Of a stretch of DNA of 41,772 nucleotides, positions 1 to 9,332 are shown piece by piece. Numbering within the stretch: position 1 is the stretch's first letter; every line of letters starts with the position of its first letter. The stretch comes from an uncultured Varibaculum sp. (lineage in GTDB: Bacteria > Actinomycetota > Actinomycetes > Actinomycetales > Actinomycetaceae). A program made the position numbers and the translations under genes. The notes under the pieces are model-generated. The model did no database searches and was not told where the DNA came from. It was given only the letters and a program-made list of their open reading frames with translations. The stretch spans positions 1 to 41,772 of the forward strand of contig CAMYAU010000001.1 in NCBI GenBank assembly GCA_947253735.1, written 5' to 3'.

Positions 1-1208
1 TCTTTATGGAGTCCACCTTCCTGGGTCTGTGGATCTTCGGCTGGGGTCGGCTATCCAAGAAAGCCCACCTCACCTGCGTTTGGCTGGTGTGCGTTGGGGT
101 AAACACTTCGGCCCTGTGGATTATCGGGGCAAACTCCTGGATGCAACACCCCGTAGGGGCAACCTTTGATCCGGCAACCGGTCGTGCACAGTTGGACGGC
201 CTGACTGGCTTCTTCCAGGTACTGCTCAACCCAGTTCTATGGGCAGCCTACACCCACGTTCTAACTACTTCTTGGCTACTAGTTGGCACCTTTGTAGCCG
301 GTATTGCCATCTGGTGGATGGTTCGCTCGGCCAATGCCGGAGCCGAAACCGAGGCTCGGGATATCTGGCGTCCGATTGCCCGCTTCGGCATGATGGTCAT
401 GATTGTTGGCGGTTTGCTAACCGCGGTCACCGGACACGTTCAAGGACAGCTAGTTGCCGAACATCAGCCTGCCAAGATGGCGGCTGCCGAGGCTCTTTGT
501 GATACTCCGCAAGCCGGTGAGGGCGCTCCCTTTACCATTGCGGCTTTCGGACCGCTCAACGCTAAGTGCGACGAAATCTCCAAGATTGGCGAGGTTCCCG
601 GGGTTTACTCCTTCATGGCTACCAACTCCTTTACCGGTAAGGTTGAGGGGCTAAATAACGTAAACCATGACTACGGCAAGCTCTTCTCTGACAAACTTGC
701 TAACCGCGGGTACGATATGCACTCGCAACCGGTTGACCTTAGCCCGAATATCATGCTCACCTTCTGGAGCTTCCGCCTGATGATGATCTTCGGAATCTTC
801 TCCGCGATCTTGGCCATTTGGGGTCTGCTTGCTACTAAGGGCGGCAAGATTTCCAAGTCCACTGGTTTGGGTAAGTTTGCCATTTGGTGTTTGCCGATGC
901 CGTATCTAGCCACCAGCTTCGGCTGGCTATTTACCGAATGGGGCCGCCAGCCCTTCATCGTGCACCCAGTCGATATGAAAGTTGATGGTTCCTCGGTATT
1001 CATGCTCACCGAGCATGGACTCTCGTTCGCGGTTCCCGCCTGGCAGGTACTGGTTACCATGCTAGGTTTCACGCTAATCTACCTGGCACTAGGCATTGTC
1101 TGGTTCCTCTTGATTAAGCGTTACGTTAAGGAAGGTATCCACGTCACCGCCAATGAAAAGGCCGTGCACGGCGAGGATGCTGGCAAGAACCTAAGCTTTG
1201 CTTACTAG
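1..1208 (+). CDS. cydA: Cytochrome bd ubiquinol oxidase subunit I (5'-truncated by window edge)
   Basis: ESTFLGLWIFGW, ANSWMQHP, HQPAKMAAAE and GWLFTEWGRQP motifs; precedes cydB. The N-terminus lies outside the window. Confidence 0.97.
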   Translation, partial: FMESTFLGLWIFGWGRLSKKAHLTCVWLVCVGVNTSALWIIGANSWMQHPVGATFDPATGRAQLDGLTGFFQVLLNPVLWAAYTHVLTTSWLLVGTFVAGIAIWWMVRSANAGAETEARDIWRPIARFGMMVMIVGGLLTAVTGHVQGQLVAEHQPAKMAAAEALCDTPQAGEGAPFTIAAFGPLNAKCDEISKIGEVPGVYSFMATNSFTGKVEGLNNVNHDYGKLFSDKLANRGYDMHSQPVDLSPNIMLTFWSFRLMMIFGIFSAILAIWGLLATKGGKISKSTGLGKFAIWCLPMPYLATSFGWLFTEWGRQPFIVHPVDMKVDGSSVFMLTEHGLSFAVPAWQVLVTMLGFTLIYLALGIVWFLLIKRYVKEGIHVTANEKAVHGEDAGKNLSFAY

Positions 1209-1229
1209 GTCAGATAGGAGATCAAAGAG

Positions 1230-2366
1230 ATGACTATTCTACAAGTTATTTGGTTCATCCTGATCGCCGTCCTATGGACCGGCTATCTGGTATTAGAAGG
1301 GTTCGGTGTAGGCGCCGGCATGGTAATGCCGCTGGTAGCAAAGACCGACCGGGAACGCTCACAGGTACAAAAAACCTATGGCCCAGTTTGGGACGGTAAC
1401 GAGGTTTGGCTACTGACCGCTGGAGGCGCAACTTTTGCTGCCTTCCCGGAATGGTACGCCACCATGTTCTCAGGAATGTACCTAGCACTATTCCTAATCC
1501 TGTTCTGCCTAATCATCCGTATCTGCGCGATTGAGTGGCGCACCAAGGTGTCTTCCGCTGCTTGGCGGGGCCGCTGGGATGGCTGGCAGACTGGCGTTGC
1601 CTGGCTAGTCCCGATTCTGTTCGGGGTAGCTTTCGCCAACCTGGTTCAGGGTATGAACATTGCCATTACCCAGTACAACACTCCGGGTGATGCCTTAGCA
1701 GGTGCCCCTGACTTGTCCAAACACGTACACAACTTCACTTCTCAGGGTGCTCCCCTAGGTAGCGTATTCCTATCGCTGCTGACCCCCTACACCATTGCAG
1801 GAGGGGTCATGTTAGCACTGGTATTTGCTACTCAGGGTTTGGCTTTCCTCTCTTTGCGCACCACTGGTGAAGTTCAAAACAGAGCCAAGAACTTGCTCGG
1901 AAAGTTCGCGATTGCGGACACCGTGCTAGTAGCCGTGGCTGCACTTTGGGGACAGTTCCTATACGACTGCCAACCCTTGGCTTGGATCCCGCTGGTCATC
2001 GCTGCCCTCGCATTTGTCGCCACAGTTTTGATGGCACTTCGAGGTTCTGAATGGGGTGCATTGCTCGCCCACTCCGTCGGAATCGCCGGGGCCGTAGCTT
2101 GGATCTTTAGTGCGATGGCACCCAATGCGATGAAATCTGCCCTCGATCCGAAGTTCTCGCTGACGATCTGGGATGCATCTTCCTCGCAGTCAACTTTGGC
2201 GATTATGCTAGTGATAGCGCTGGTAGTAGTCCCCATTGTTTTGGCTTACACCGTCTGGAGCTACACGCGGATGCCGCTGAAGATTACGCTAGAGGAACTC
2301 GATGAAAACCCGGGCTTGCCTTGGGACAAGATTCGTCAGGGTGCTTCTTTCCTCGCGGAAAGCTAA
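1230..2366 (+). CDS. cydB: Cytochrome bd ubiquinol oxidase subunit II
   Basis: LEGFGVG and GPVWDGNEVWL motifs; SD AGGAG upstream; polytopic membrane protein. Confidence 0.97.
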   Translation: MTILQVIWFILIAVLWTGYLVLEGFGVGAGMVMPLVAKTDRERSQVQKTYGPVWDGNEVWLLTAGGATFAAFPEWYATMFSGMYLALFLILFCLIIRICAIEWRTKVSSAAWRGRWDGWQTGVAWLVPILFGVAFANLVQGMNIAITQYNTPGDALAGAPDLSKHVHNFTSQGAPLGSVFLSLLTPYTIAGGVMLALVFATQGLAFLSLRTTGEVQNRAKNLLGKFAIADTVLVAVAALWGQFLYDCQPLAWIPLVIAALAFVATVLMALRGSEWGALLAHSVGIAGAVAWIFSAMAPNAMKSALDPKFSLTIWDASSSQSTLAIMLVIALVVVPIVLAYTVWSYTRMPLKITLEELDENPGLPWDKIRQGASFLAES

Positions 2367-2424
2367 GAAAATAATCGGCACCTATCAGGTAATTTCCTAC
2401 TAGATGCCAGTAATAAAACTAAAT

Positions 2425-2470
2425 AAATAGTGTTGGCCTTGGCTATCTAGCCAAGGCCAACACTATTTTT
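2425..2470 (+). terminator. Intrinsic terminator after cydAB
   Basis: 21-bp perfect inverted repeat AAATAGTGTTGGCCTTGGCTA-tc-TAGCCAAGGCCAACACTATTT ending in a T run. Confidence 0.85.
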
Positions 2471-2512
2471 ACCCCCCCCCAGGGACTATTGCTCCCACCT
2501 ACCGGAAACAGA

Positions 2513-2710
2513 TGTTACCGACACCCCGGACCCGGAATGAGCGCGGGAGGGGGATTTCATCCGAGTGGGTGCGGTGTTACCGAACTGGGGTAGAAAAAGA
2601 TGCGAGAGGGGGCTTGAGCCGAGCGAAGCAAGGCTCACCGGGGTCCCCCGAGCGCTTTTTTCACCCAGACCTGGAATGAGCGTGGGAGAAGAAATCCATC
2701 TCCCGCGCTT
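2513..2710 (+). repeat. Degenerate direct duplication: unit A 2513-2561 and unit B 2575-2700, the latter interrupted by the 63-nt element
   Basis: TGTTACCGA at 2513 and 2575; CCCGGACCCGGAATGAGCGCGGGAG (2525-2549) versus CCCAGACCTGGAATGAGCGTGGGAG (2664-2688). Confidence 0.75.
2585..2668 (+). repeat. Dispersed structured intergenic element, copy 1 (63-nt core 2596-2658 plus imperfect inverted arms)
   Basis: Core AAAGATGCGAGAGGGGGCTTGAGCCGAGCGAAGCAAGGCTCACCGGGGTCCCCCGAGCGCTTT; 59/63 identical to copy 2 and 61/63 to copy 3. Confidence 0.95.
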
Positions 2711-2793
2711 AGTAACTAACTAGGGTTGCGCGTTTAGAGTTTTCAGGTTCCTGTGGGAAAATAGTCCCATTAATTGCACGGAGGATACTTGCT

Positions 2794-4575
2794 TTGAAAC
2801 CACTTGATCCGAAACTGCTGAAATATGCCCGGTCTGCGCGTATAGCTATCGCCATTACCGCAGTTACTGGCATTCTGCAAGCAGCTCTAGTTATCGCCCA
2901 ATGCTTCCTGATATCCGCCCTGATTTCTCCAGTCATATCGTTAAGACAGACTTGGGATCAGGTTGCTCACTATGCTTTTTGGCTAGCGATCGTATCGCTG
3001 GCGCGAGTGGCGCTGACCTATTTTCGTTCTAAACATCAGCACAAAGCAGCCAAGAAAGCGATTCGAGAACTGCGCGGCCAGGTGCTAGCTCACTGTTTGA
3101 AACTGGGACCGCGCTGGCTGGCACGAAAAGGTACCGACACAGTCACCTTAGCTACCCGGGGGCTGGAAAAACTGGGGCCCTATTTTGTTGACTACATTCC
3201 CCAATTGGTATTAGCGGTTACGGTTACTCCCCTAGTGTTGGTGGTAATGGCAGTTATGGATTTCTGGTCGGCACTAGTAGCCATTATTACTATCCCCTTA
3301 ATTCCCATATTCATGGTGATTATCGGGCTCATGACCCAAGCTGCTTCAGATCGCCGCTTAGCTACTATGCAGCATTTGGGGAGGCAATTACTCGATTTAA
3401 TTGCCGGTTTAGCTACTTTAAAGAGTCTCGGACGACATCGTGGGCCAGAAAAGCAGATTTCATCAATTGGGAAAACCTATACCCAAACTACGATGGCTAC
3501 TTTACGGATAGCCTTTCTATCGGGGGCGGTTCTGGAGTTTATTTCTATTCTTTCGGTGGCAATCGTAGCAGTTACGGTGGGGTTACGGATGGTAGCTGGC
3601 GGCCTAGACCTCTATACCGGGCTAATCGCGATTATGCTGGCTCCCGAGGTATATACCCCGGTACGGGAAGTCGGTAAGCATTTCCATGCCTCCGCCGATG
3701 GGCTTTCAGCTTCCCAATCCGCCTTTGAAATCTTGGAAACTCCCCCAGTTACCGGTGGCGATAAACCGGCACCTAACCTGGAAGAAACCACTATTACTAT
3801 TCAGGATCTGGGGATGCGTTCACGCGGAGCTTGGGCACCCAACGCCGTTAACCTGGTGATTAAGCCAGGTACTATCACCGCCTTGGTAGGGAAATCTGGA
3901 GAGGGAAAGACTACTACAGTCATGGCCCTGTTAAAACAGCTCGCTTGTGACCGTGGCACTATTACCCTCACCGACGCTTCCGGTAAAAACCTGGATTTAG
4001 ACGAAGTTTCCCCAGATTCATGGTGGGAACAAACCTCGTGGCTCCCACAAATGCCGCTGCTACTACCAGGTACTTTGGCAGAAAATATCGCCGAAAGCCC
4101 CGAGCATCTGGCAGAACTGTTCCCACAGGGGGAAGCCAGCGAGCAGGTACTAAAAGCGGCTAATCTTGCTGGATTTACCGCGGTACTATCCCAGTTACCC
4201 GACGGGTGGAACACTTTCTTACGCGCTGGCGGAGAAGGCCTATCAGTTGGCCAACGCCAGCGCCTCGCCCTAGTACGTGCCCTGCTATCCACGAAACAAC
4301 TAATCGCCCTCGATGAGCCTTCTGCTCATCTAGATGCCCATTTGGTAGCGCAGGTGGTGCAAGTTATCCAACAGTTAAAAGCCGCGGGGAAAACCGTGCT
4401 TCTGATTGCCCATCGCCAGGAACTTGCCCAGCTAGCTGACGAGATCGTGCGAATCTCTTCCCTTCCTTTTACTAGCGAAGAAAAGGAAAAATATCGTGAT
4501 AGTCAGCTGCAAGCAGCGATAGCTAGCGAAGTAGAGATACCCGAATTCTTAGGCTCGACGCGGGGGTTGGAATAG
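2794..4575 (+). CDS. cydD: Thiol reductant/heme ABC exporter subunit CydD
   Basis: MKPLDPKLL N-terminus, transmembrane domain, Walker A GKSGEGKT, signature LSVGQRQR, LRIAFLSGAVLE; TTG start with GGAGG SD. Confidence 0.95.
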   Translation: MKPLDPKLLKYARSARIAIAITAVTGILQAALVIAQCFLISALISPVISLRQTWDQVAHYAFWLAIVSLARVALTYFRSKHQHKAAKKAIRELRGQVLAHCLKLGPRWLARKGTDTVTLATRGLEKLGPYFVDYIPQLVLAVTVTPLVLVVMAVMDFWSALVAIITIPLIPIFMVIIGLMTQAASDRRLATMQHLGRQLLDLIAGLATLKSLGRHRGPEKQISSIGKTYTQTTMATLRIAFLSGAVLEFISILSVAIVAVTVGLRMVAGGLDLYTGLIAIMLAPEVYTPVREVGKHFHASADGLSASQSAFEILETPPVTGGDKPAPNLEETTITIQDLGMRSRGAWAPNAVNLVIKPGTITALVGKSGEGKTTTVMALLKQLACDRGTITLTDASGKNLDLDEVSPDSWWEQTSWLPQMPLLLPGTLAENIAESPEHLAELFPQGEASEQVLKAANLAGFTAVLSQLPDGWNTFLRAGGEGLSVGQRQRLALVRALLSTKQLIALDEPSAHLDAHLVAQVVQVIQQLKAAGKTVLLIAHRQELAQLADEIVRISSLPFTSEEKEKYRDSQLQAAIASEVEIPEFLGSTRGLE

Positions 4576-4576
4576 C

Positions 4577-6388
4577 ATGAAAACTTGGTTTATTACCCGT
4601 GAGGAAAGCCAGGCACTTAAGCGAGCAATAAAACTGTTGGATTTGAGACCTGGCACATTGTTACTAGCCTGTTTCCTGGGAGCTGCGGGACTGGGTGCTT
4701 CGATTGCCCTGGGCGCTACCTCCGCCTGGTTGATTGCGCGCGCCTCCCAAATGCCACCCGTCCTCTATCTAGAGGTAGCGGTAGTTTCCGTGCGACTCTT
4801 TGGAATTTCCAAGGCTGTGTTCCGTTACCTAGAACGCTTGGCCTCCCATCAGCTGGGAGTTTCCGGGATGACCACTTTGCGCACGAATCTTTATAAGACT
4901 CTTTCTCTTTCCGATAACGCTCGGATCGCTAGCCTACGCCGGGGAGATATTCTCGACCGGATGGGAACCGACGTCGATAATATCGGCGATTTCGTGGTAA
5001 AAAGCCTCCTGCCTGCCATGGTGGCCAGTATCGTGGGGATCATTACCGTCATTGGGATTTCCCTCGTTGACTGGCGTGCCGGTCTATTTCTAACTCTGGG
5101 ATTACTGTTATCAGGGCTAGTAGGTCCGCTATTCACTATCCGTTCCACCCGGATTGCCCAACGCCGAGAAACTGATAGCCGCGCCCACATCTCGGAAGTA
5201 GCGATGACCATTGTTGATGGCGCAGCTCAAATCACGGTTGATGGGCAAACCCAGCAGGTTCTTTCGGGGCTATCTGATCTGGAAGATCAGCTTTATGACG
5301 CTAAAGATGCCACCGCAAAACCGGCGGCTTGGGCAGCGGCTATCGACGTGTTCGGTATGTTGATGTCGGTGATTATGGCTGCCTATTTTGGGATTTTAGC
5401 GGTAAATAATCAGTCGATCCCCGAGGTAATGCTAGCGGTGCTAGCACTTACTCCGCTTGCAGCTTTCGAGGGGACTGCCCAGTTAGGGAAGGCCGCCCAA
5501 CAGCTAGTAATCTCCGCGACTTCAGCGGTGCGGATTATGAATATGCTGCCAGTAGAAGCACAGGTTAAGACAGAAGAAGCGGAAGAGGATTACGCGGATT
5601 CTTTCTCCCGTCCTACCGGCCCGAGCGTTCTAGAGGCCAAAGACCTCGCTATCGGGTGGCCTGGTGGCCCGGTGGTGGCAGAGGGGATTAATCTACGTTT
5701 GGCTCCTGGGGATCACCTGGCAATCGTGGGCCAGTCTGGTATCGGAAAAACTACCTTGCTCTACACCTTAGCTGGCCTGCTCAAACCGGTTTCTGGCAGT
5801 GTAAAGATTGACGGTGTAGATATTTGCTCTCTCCCACGTCTGCAGGCTGCAGCTAGTTTCGTGATCACTCCCGAGGACGCCCATATTTTTGAGACCACCA
5901 TTTTGGAAAACTTGCGCGTCGCTAATGGAAAACTTTCAGTTTCTGAGGGCGAAAAATTACTGCGAGAAGCTGGTTTAGGTGACTGGCTTGCTTCCCTGCC
6001 TGAGGGGATAGAAACCGAGTTGGGTTCAGGAGCAACCACTATTTCTGGTGGAGAACGTCGCCGTATCCTGCTGGCCCGAGCCCTAGCAGCTAAGGCACCA
6101 CTTTTGGCGCTCGATGAACCGGGTGAACATTTGGACCCCGAAACCGCTGATGCTCTGCTCCGAGATCTACTAAACGCCGGCAGGGAAGAACATAAGCGGG
6201 GAGTCATTTTAGTTACCCACCGCCTCACCCCCCTTGACCAGGCAGATCAGGTATTTATCTTGGATAAACCCCATGCACGTCCTGACGAACCAGCTACTTT
6301 TGTAGCGCAGGGAACCCATGCGGAGCTGCTGGAAAATCACCAGGGATATGCCTGGAGCCTACGACAGGAGCAAGTCGATGTCTTTTGA
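4577..6388 (+). CDS. cydC: Thiol reductant/heme ABC exporter subunit CydC
   Basis: SAWLIARAS and FRYLERLASH motifs, Walker A GQSGIGKT, ISGGERRR. Confidence 0.95.
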   Translation: MKTWFITREESQALKRAIKLLDLRPGTLLLACFLGAAGLGASIALGATSAWLIARASQMPPVLYLEVAVVSVRLFGISKAVFRYLERLASHQLGVSGMTTLRTNLYKTLSLSDNARIASLRRGDILDRMGTDVDNIGDFVVKSLLPAMVASIVGIITVIGISLVDWRAGLFLTLGLLLSGLVGPLFTIRSTRIAQRRETDSRAHISEVAMTIVDGAAQITVDGQTQQVLSGLSDLEDQLYDAKDATAKPAAWAAAIDVFGMLMSVIMAAYFGILAVNNQSIPEVMLAVLALTPLAAFEGTAQLGKAAQQLVISATSAVRIMNMLPVEAQVKTEEAEEDYADSFSRPTGPSVLEAKDLAIGWPGGPVVAEGINLRLAPGDHLAIVGQSGIGKTTLLYTLAGLLKPVSGSVKIDGVDICSLPRLQAAASFVITPEDAHIFETTILENLRVANGKLSVSEGEKLLREAGLGDWLASLPEGIETELGSGATTISGGERRRILLARALAAKAPLLALDEPGEHLDPETADALLRDLLNAGREEHKRGVILVTHRLTPLDQADQVFILDKPHARPDEPATFVAQGTHAELLENHQGYAWSLRQEQVDVF

Positions 6389-8177
6389 GAACCTGCCTAC
6401 ATCTACACCTCCCATGCATCCGGTATCCAACGATACTGATACAGATTTAGCCGCTCAGGCAGATACCTCTATGGGGTTAAACCCCGATTCGGGTGATCGC
6501 TCTCCCCTCCCCGAAGATAGCACCCGCTTGATTTCTTCAGTGCTGCAGCTGATGGGGAACCTGGAACAGGATAAAGTATTGCAGGCTTTCGTAGATCAAG
6601 CCTGCGCAGTCACTTCTTCTCCCTATGGGGCATTATCGATCCTGGGCTCGCGGGGAGAAACTAGTGCTTTTTATATTCATGGGTTAAGCGCTCGCCAGCG
6701 AGATGCTCTGGGGAGCCCCCCGATCGGTCGGGGCATAATCGGGGATATCCCGGTGGATAGCGGCGTTATTTCTAATAACCTACGCTCTGATCCTCGTTTC
6801 ACCGGCTACCCACCCTCACACCCGGAAATGACCTCGTTTTTGGGGGTACCGCTGCGTATCCACGAACAAGTTTATGGTCGTCTTTATCTGTGTAACCGTC
6901 CCGGTGGCTACAGCGAACAAGACCTCGCTTTCGTATCCGGATTGGCGATTCTTGCGGCGGTGGCAGTAGAGAACTCGCGCCTTTACGAGGTTTCGCGTTC
7001 ACGCGAACGCTGGACCCGGGTATCACAACAGCTCACCACGATTTTATTAGAGGGAACCGAGGAAGAGGACGCGCTGCAGTTCATCGCAAAATCAGTACGA
7101 GAAGTAGCTGATGCTGATACTGCCCTACTCATCCTGCCTTCAGTGGGCGATTCCTGGGTATGTGAAATCGCCTCGGGACATGGAGCCGAGGATCTAATCG
7201 GAGTTCCTTTCCCTCCTCATGGGAGGGCGCGCACGGTACTGGCAGAGGGTCAAGGTCTACTTGTTGATTCTCTGGAGCGTGCAACTACTCTCCGAGTGAG
7301 GGAGTTATCCCACTTTGGTGCCGCGCTCTACGCTCCCCTGTTGGCCGGTTCTCACGCCATCGGAGTTTTGTTGCTGCTACGCCTACCGGGAAAACCCGAG
7401 TTCGATCCGGCTGTGCTCGAAATGGCGGAACAGGTAGCTACCCAGGCAGCTCTGGCTTTGGAGATTGCGGGTGCCAAGCATGCTGCAAATATTGCAACTT
7501 TGCTAGATGAACGCGCAAAGATTGGGGAAGATCTCCATGACCTGGCAATTCAGCAGCTGTTCGCAACCGGTATGCAATTGGAACGTATCCGTGCGGCCTT
7601 CGCTAGTGGCGCTAACCTAGATTCGGCACGTGCAGAATCACTTATGCAAGATGCGCTTGCTAGCGTTGATGACTCGGTTAAACAGATCCGCGCCATTGTA
7701 CATAACCTGCGAGAACCCGATGCTGCAGTTGATTTAGTTGAACGTCTTCGCCGGGAAGCTTCTCTGGCTCGCCGCCTACTGGGATTTGCGCCCTCTTTTG
7801 TATTAGATATTGACGGTGAAACCCTGTCTGCCGCTGATCCCGCCCATGAAGAACTTTTGATTGAAGAAACTGACCAAAGGGTAGGGCGCGATATCTCTGA
7901 TGATGTAGTCGCGGTAGTACGGGAAGCCCTGTCTAATACTGCTCGACATGCGGGAGCGTCCTCCGCCCAGGTAGTGGTAAGTATTAGTGGCATGGGTACC
8001 AACGGATCGGTGCGAGTGGTAGTAACCGATGATGGACATGGACTTGATCCTACGGTGACTAGACGCTCTGGCCTGGATAATTTAAAAAGCCGTGCCCGCC
8101 GCCACGGCGGAATCTGTTTTACCCAGCCAGCTTCCCCACACGGACTGCGAGTAATCTGGGAAGTGCCCCTGGGATAG
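6378..8177 (+). CDS. Tandem-GAF sensor histidine kinase (DosS/DosT/DevS-like, HisKA_3 + HATPase)
   Basis: GAF-A GYPPSHPEMTSFLGVP, H-box DLHDLAIQQLFATG, N-box EALSNTARHA, G1 DDGHG. Start moved to ATG 6378 (SD AGGAG 6366-6370), overlapping the cydC end. Confidence 0.9.
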   Translation: MSFENLPTSTPPMHPVSNDTDTDLAAQADTSMGLNPDSGDRSPLPEDSTRLISSVLQLMGNLEQDKVLQAFVDQACAVTSSPYGALSILGSRGETSAFYIHGLSARQRDALGSPPIGRGIIGDIPVDSGVISNNLRSDPRFTGYPPSHPEMTSFLGVPLRIHEQVYGRLYLCNRPGGYSEQDLAFVSGLAILAAVAVENSRLYEVSRSRERWTRVSQQLTTILLEGTEEEDALQFIAKSVREVADADTALLILPSVGDSWVCEIASGHGAEDLIGVPFPPHGRARTVLAEGQGLLVDSLERATTLRVRELSHFGAALYAPLLAGSHAIGVLLLLRLPGKPEFDPAVLEMAEQVATQAALALEIAGAKHAANIATLLDERAKIGEDLHDLAIQQLFATGMQLERIRAAFASGANLDSARAESLMQDALASVDDSVKQIRAIVHNLREPDAAVDLVERLRREASLARRLLGFAPSFVLDIDGETLSAADPAHEELLIEETDQRVGRDISDDVVAVVREALSNTARHAGASSAQVVVSISGMGTNGSVRVVVTDDGHGLDPTVTRRSGLDNLKSRARRHGGICFTQPASPHGLRVIWEVPLG

Positions 8178-8203
8178 GGACATTTCCCACTAGATTAGAG
8201 ACT

Positions 8204-9196
8204 TTAGAGACCGACTGATTTAGCGACCTCGGAAAGTTTTTCCGCGCTACGGGTTAGCGCATCGCGTTCGTCAAGAGTGATAGGCGGATCCAAGACTCGC
8301 CCTACCCCAGAAGCTCCTACCAAGGTGGGTGCCGCCATGCATACTCCGGAAATTCCGTTCCAGTTATCGAGCAGTGACGATACCGTCAATACCCGGTCTT
8401 CATCGCGCATAACCGCAGAAATAATATTGGTAACGGAGAGGCCGATGGCAAAGTTAGTTACCCCTTTGCCTTCAATAATCCGGTAGGCTGATTCGACTAC
8501 ATCTTTCGAGATACGCTTTTTCAGCTTGTCGTCGAAGATTCCACCATTAACGGTGGCTCCCCAGCGCGAAAGCGGCACGTTTCCGATCTCGGCACTGGAC
8601 CACAGGGGTACCTCGGAGTCACCGTGTTCACCAGCGATATAGGCGTGAATATTTTGGACCGCTACCCCGGTCTCTTGGGAAATCAGGTACCGCATCCGGG
8701 AAGTGTCCAGCACAGTACCGGAGCCAAATACCTTGTGAGAAGGCAAACCACTCATTTTCAAAGCCATATAGGTAGCAATATCAACCGGGTTAGAAACTAA
8801 AATATAGATCGCGTCCGGTGCTACATTCAGCACCTTAGGCAAAATCGAATTCATAATGTTCACCATCGCCTGCACCATATCGAGGCGGGACTGCCCGGGT
8901 TTTTGCTGAGGACCGGCGGTTATCACGATTACATCGGAGTCGCGAAGCACTTCCACATCATCAGAACCAGAGATTGATGCCGCGGGGGTGAACTGAATCC
9001 CGTGCGCCAGATCTAATGCCTCTGCCTCTACTTTGGCTTTATTAATATCGAAAAGGGCAATTTCGCGCGCCGCGCCTTTAATTTGGCAGGCATAGGCCAG
9101 AGCGGTTCCTACGAATCCGGCGCCTACAATCCCGACTTTGGAGCGACGGGTAAGCATTGACGCGGGATAGAGGGAATTGGCACGTTCTTTGGACAT
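8204..9196 (-). CDS. ldh: L-lactate dehydrogenase
   Basis: GAGFVG, QKPGQSRLD, NPVD, GSGTVLDTSR, GEHGDS. Start set to ATG 9196 with AGGAG SD. Confidence 0.93.
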   Translation of the reverse strand: MSKERANSLYPASMLTRRSKVGIVGAGFVGTALAYACQIKGAAREIALFDINKAKVEAEALDLAHGIQFTPAASISGSDDVEVLRDSDVIVITAGPQQKPGQSRLDMVQAMVNIMNSILPKVLNVAPDAIYILVSNPVDIATYMALKMSGLPSHKVFGSGTVLDTSRMRYLISQETGVAVQNIHAYIAGEHGDSEVPLWSSAEIGNVPLSRWGATVNGGIFDDKLKKRISKDVVESAYRIIEGKGVTNFAIGLSVTNIISAVMRDEDRVLTVSSLLDNWNGISGVCMAAPTLVGASGVGRVLDPPITLDERDALTRSAEKLSEVAKSVGL

Positions 9197-9332
9197 ATTT
9201 TCTCCTTGAGGCGAAAAACTGACTTTCACCTTTGATTTTACCTTGTCTAACCATTCATGGAGGTGAACAACGGCCTACACATCTAGGTGATTTTGGATGC
9301 TTTATCTCTCTATATAGTTTTCCCGTATTTGT

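Noticed and set aside
9243..9260. Possible Rex operator upstream of ldh (TTGTCTA-N4-TTCATGG)
   Set aside because: Only 9/14 match to TTGTGAA-N4-TTCACAA; the context is plausible but the match is too weak to call.
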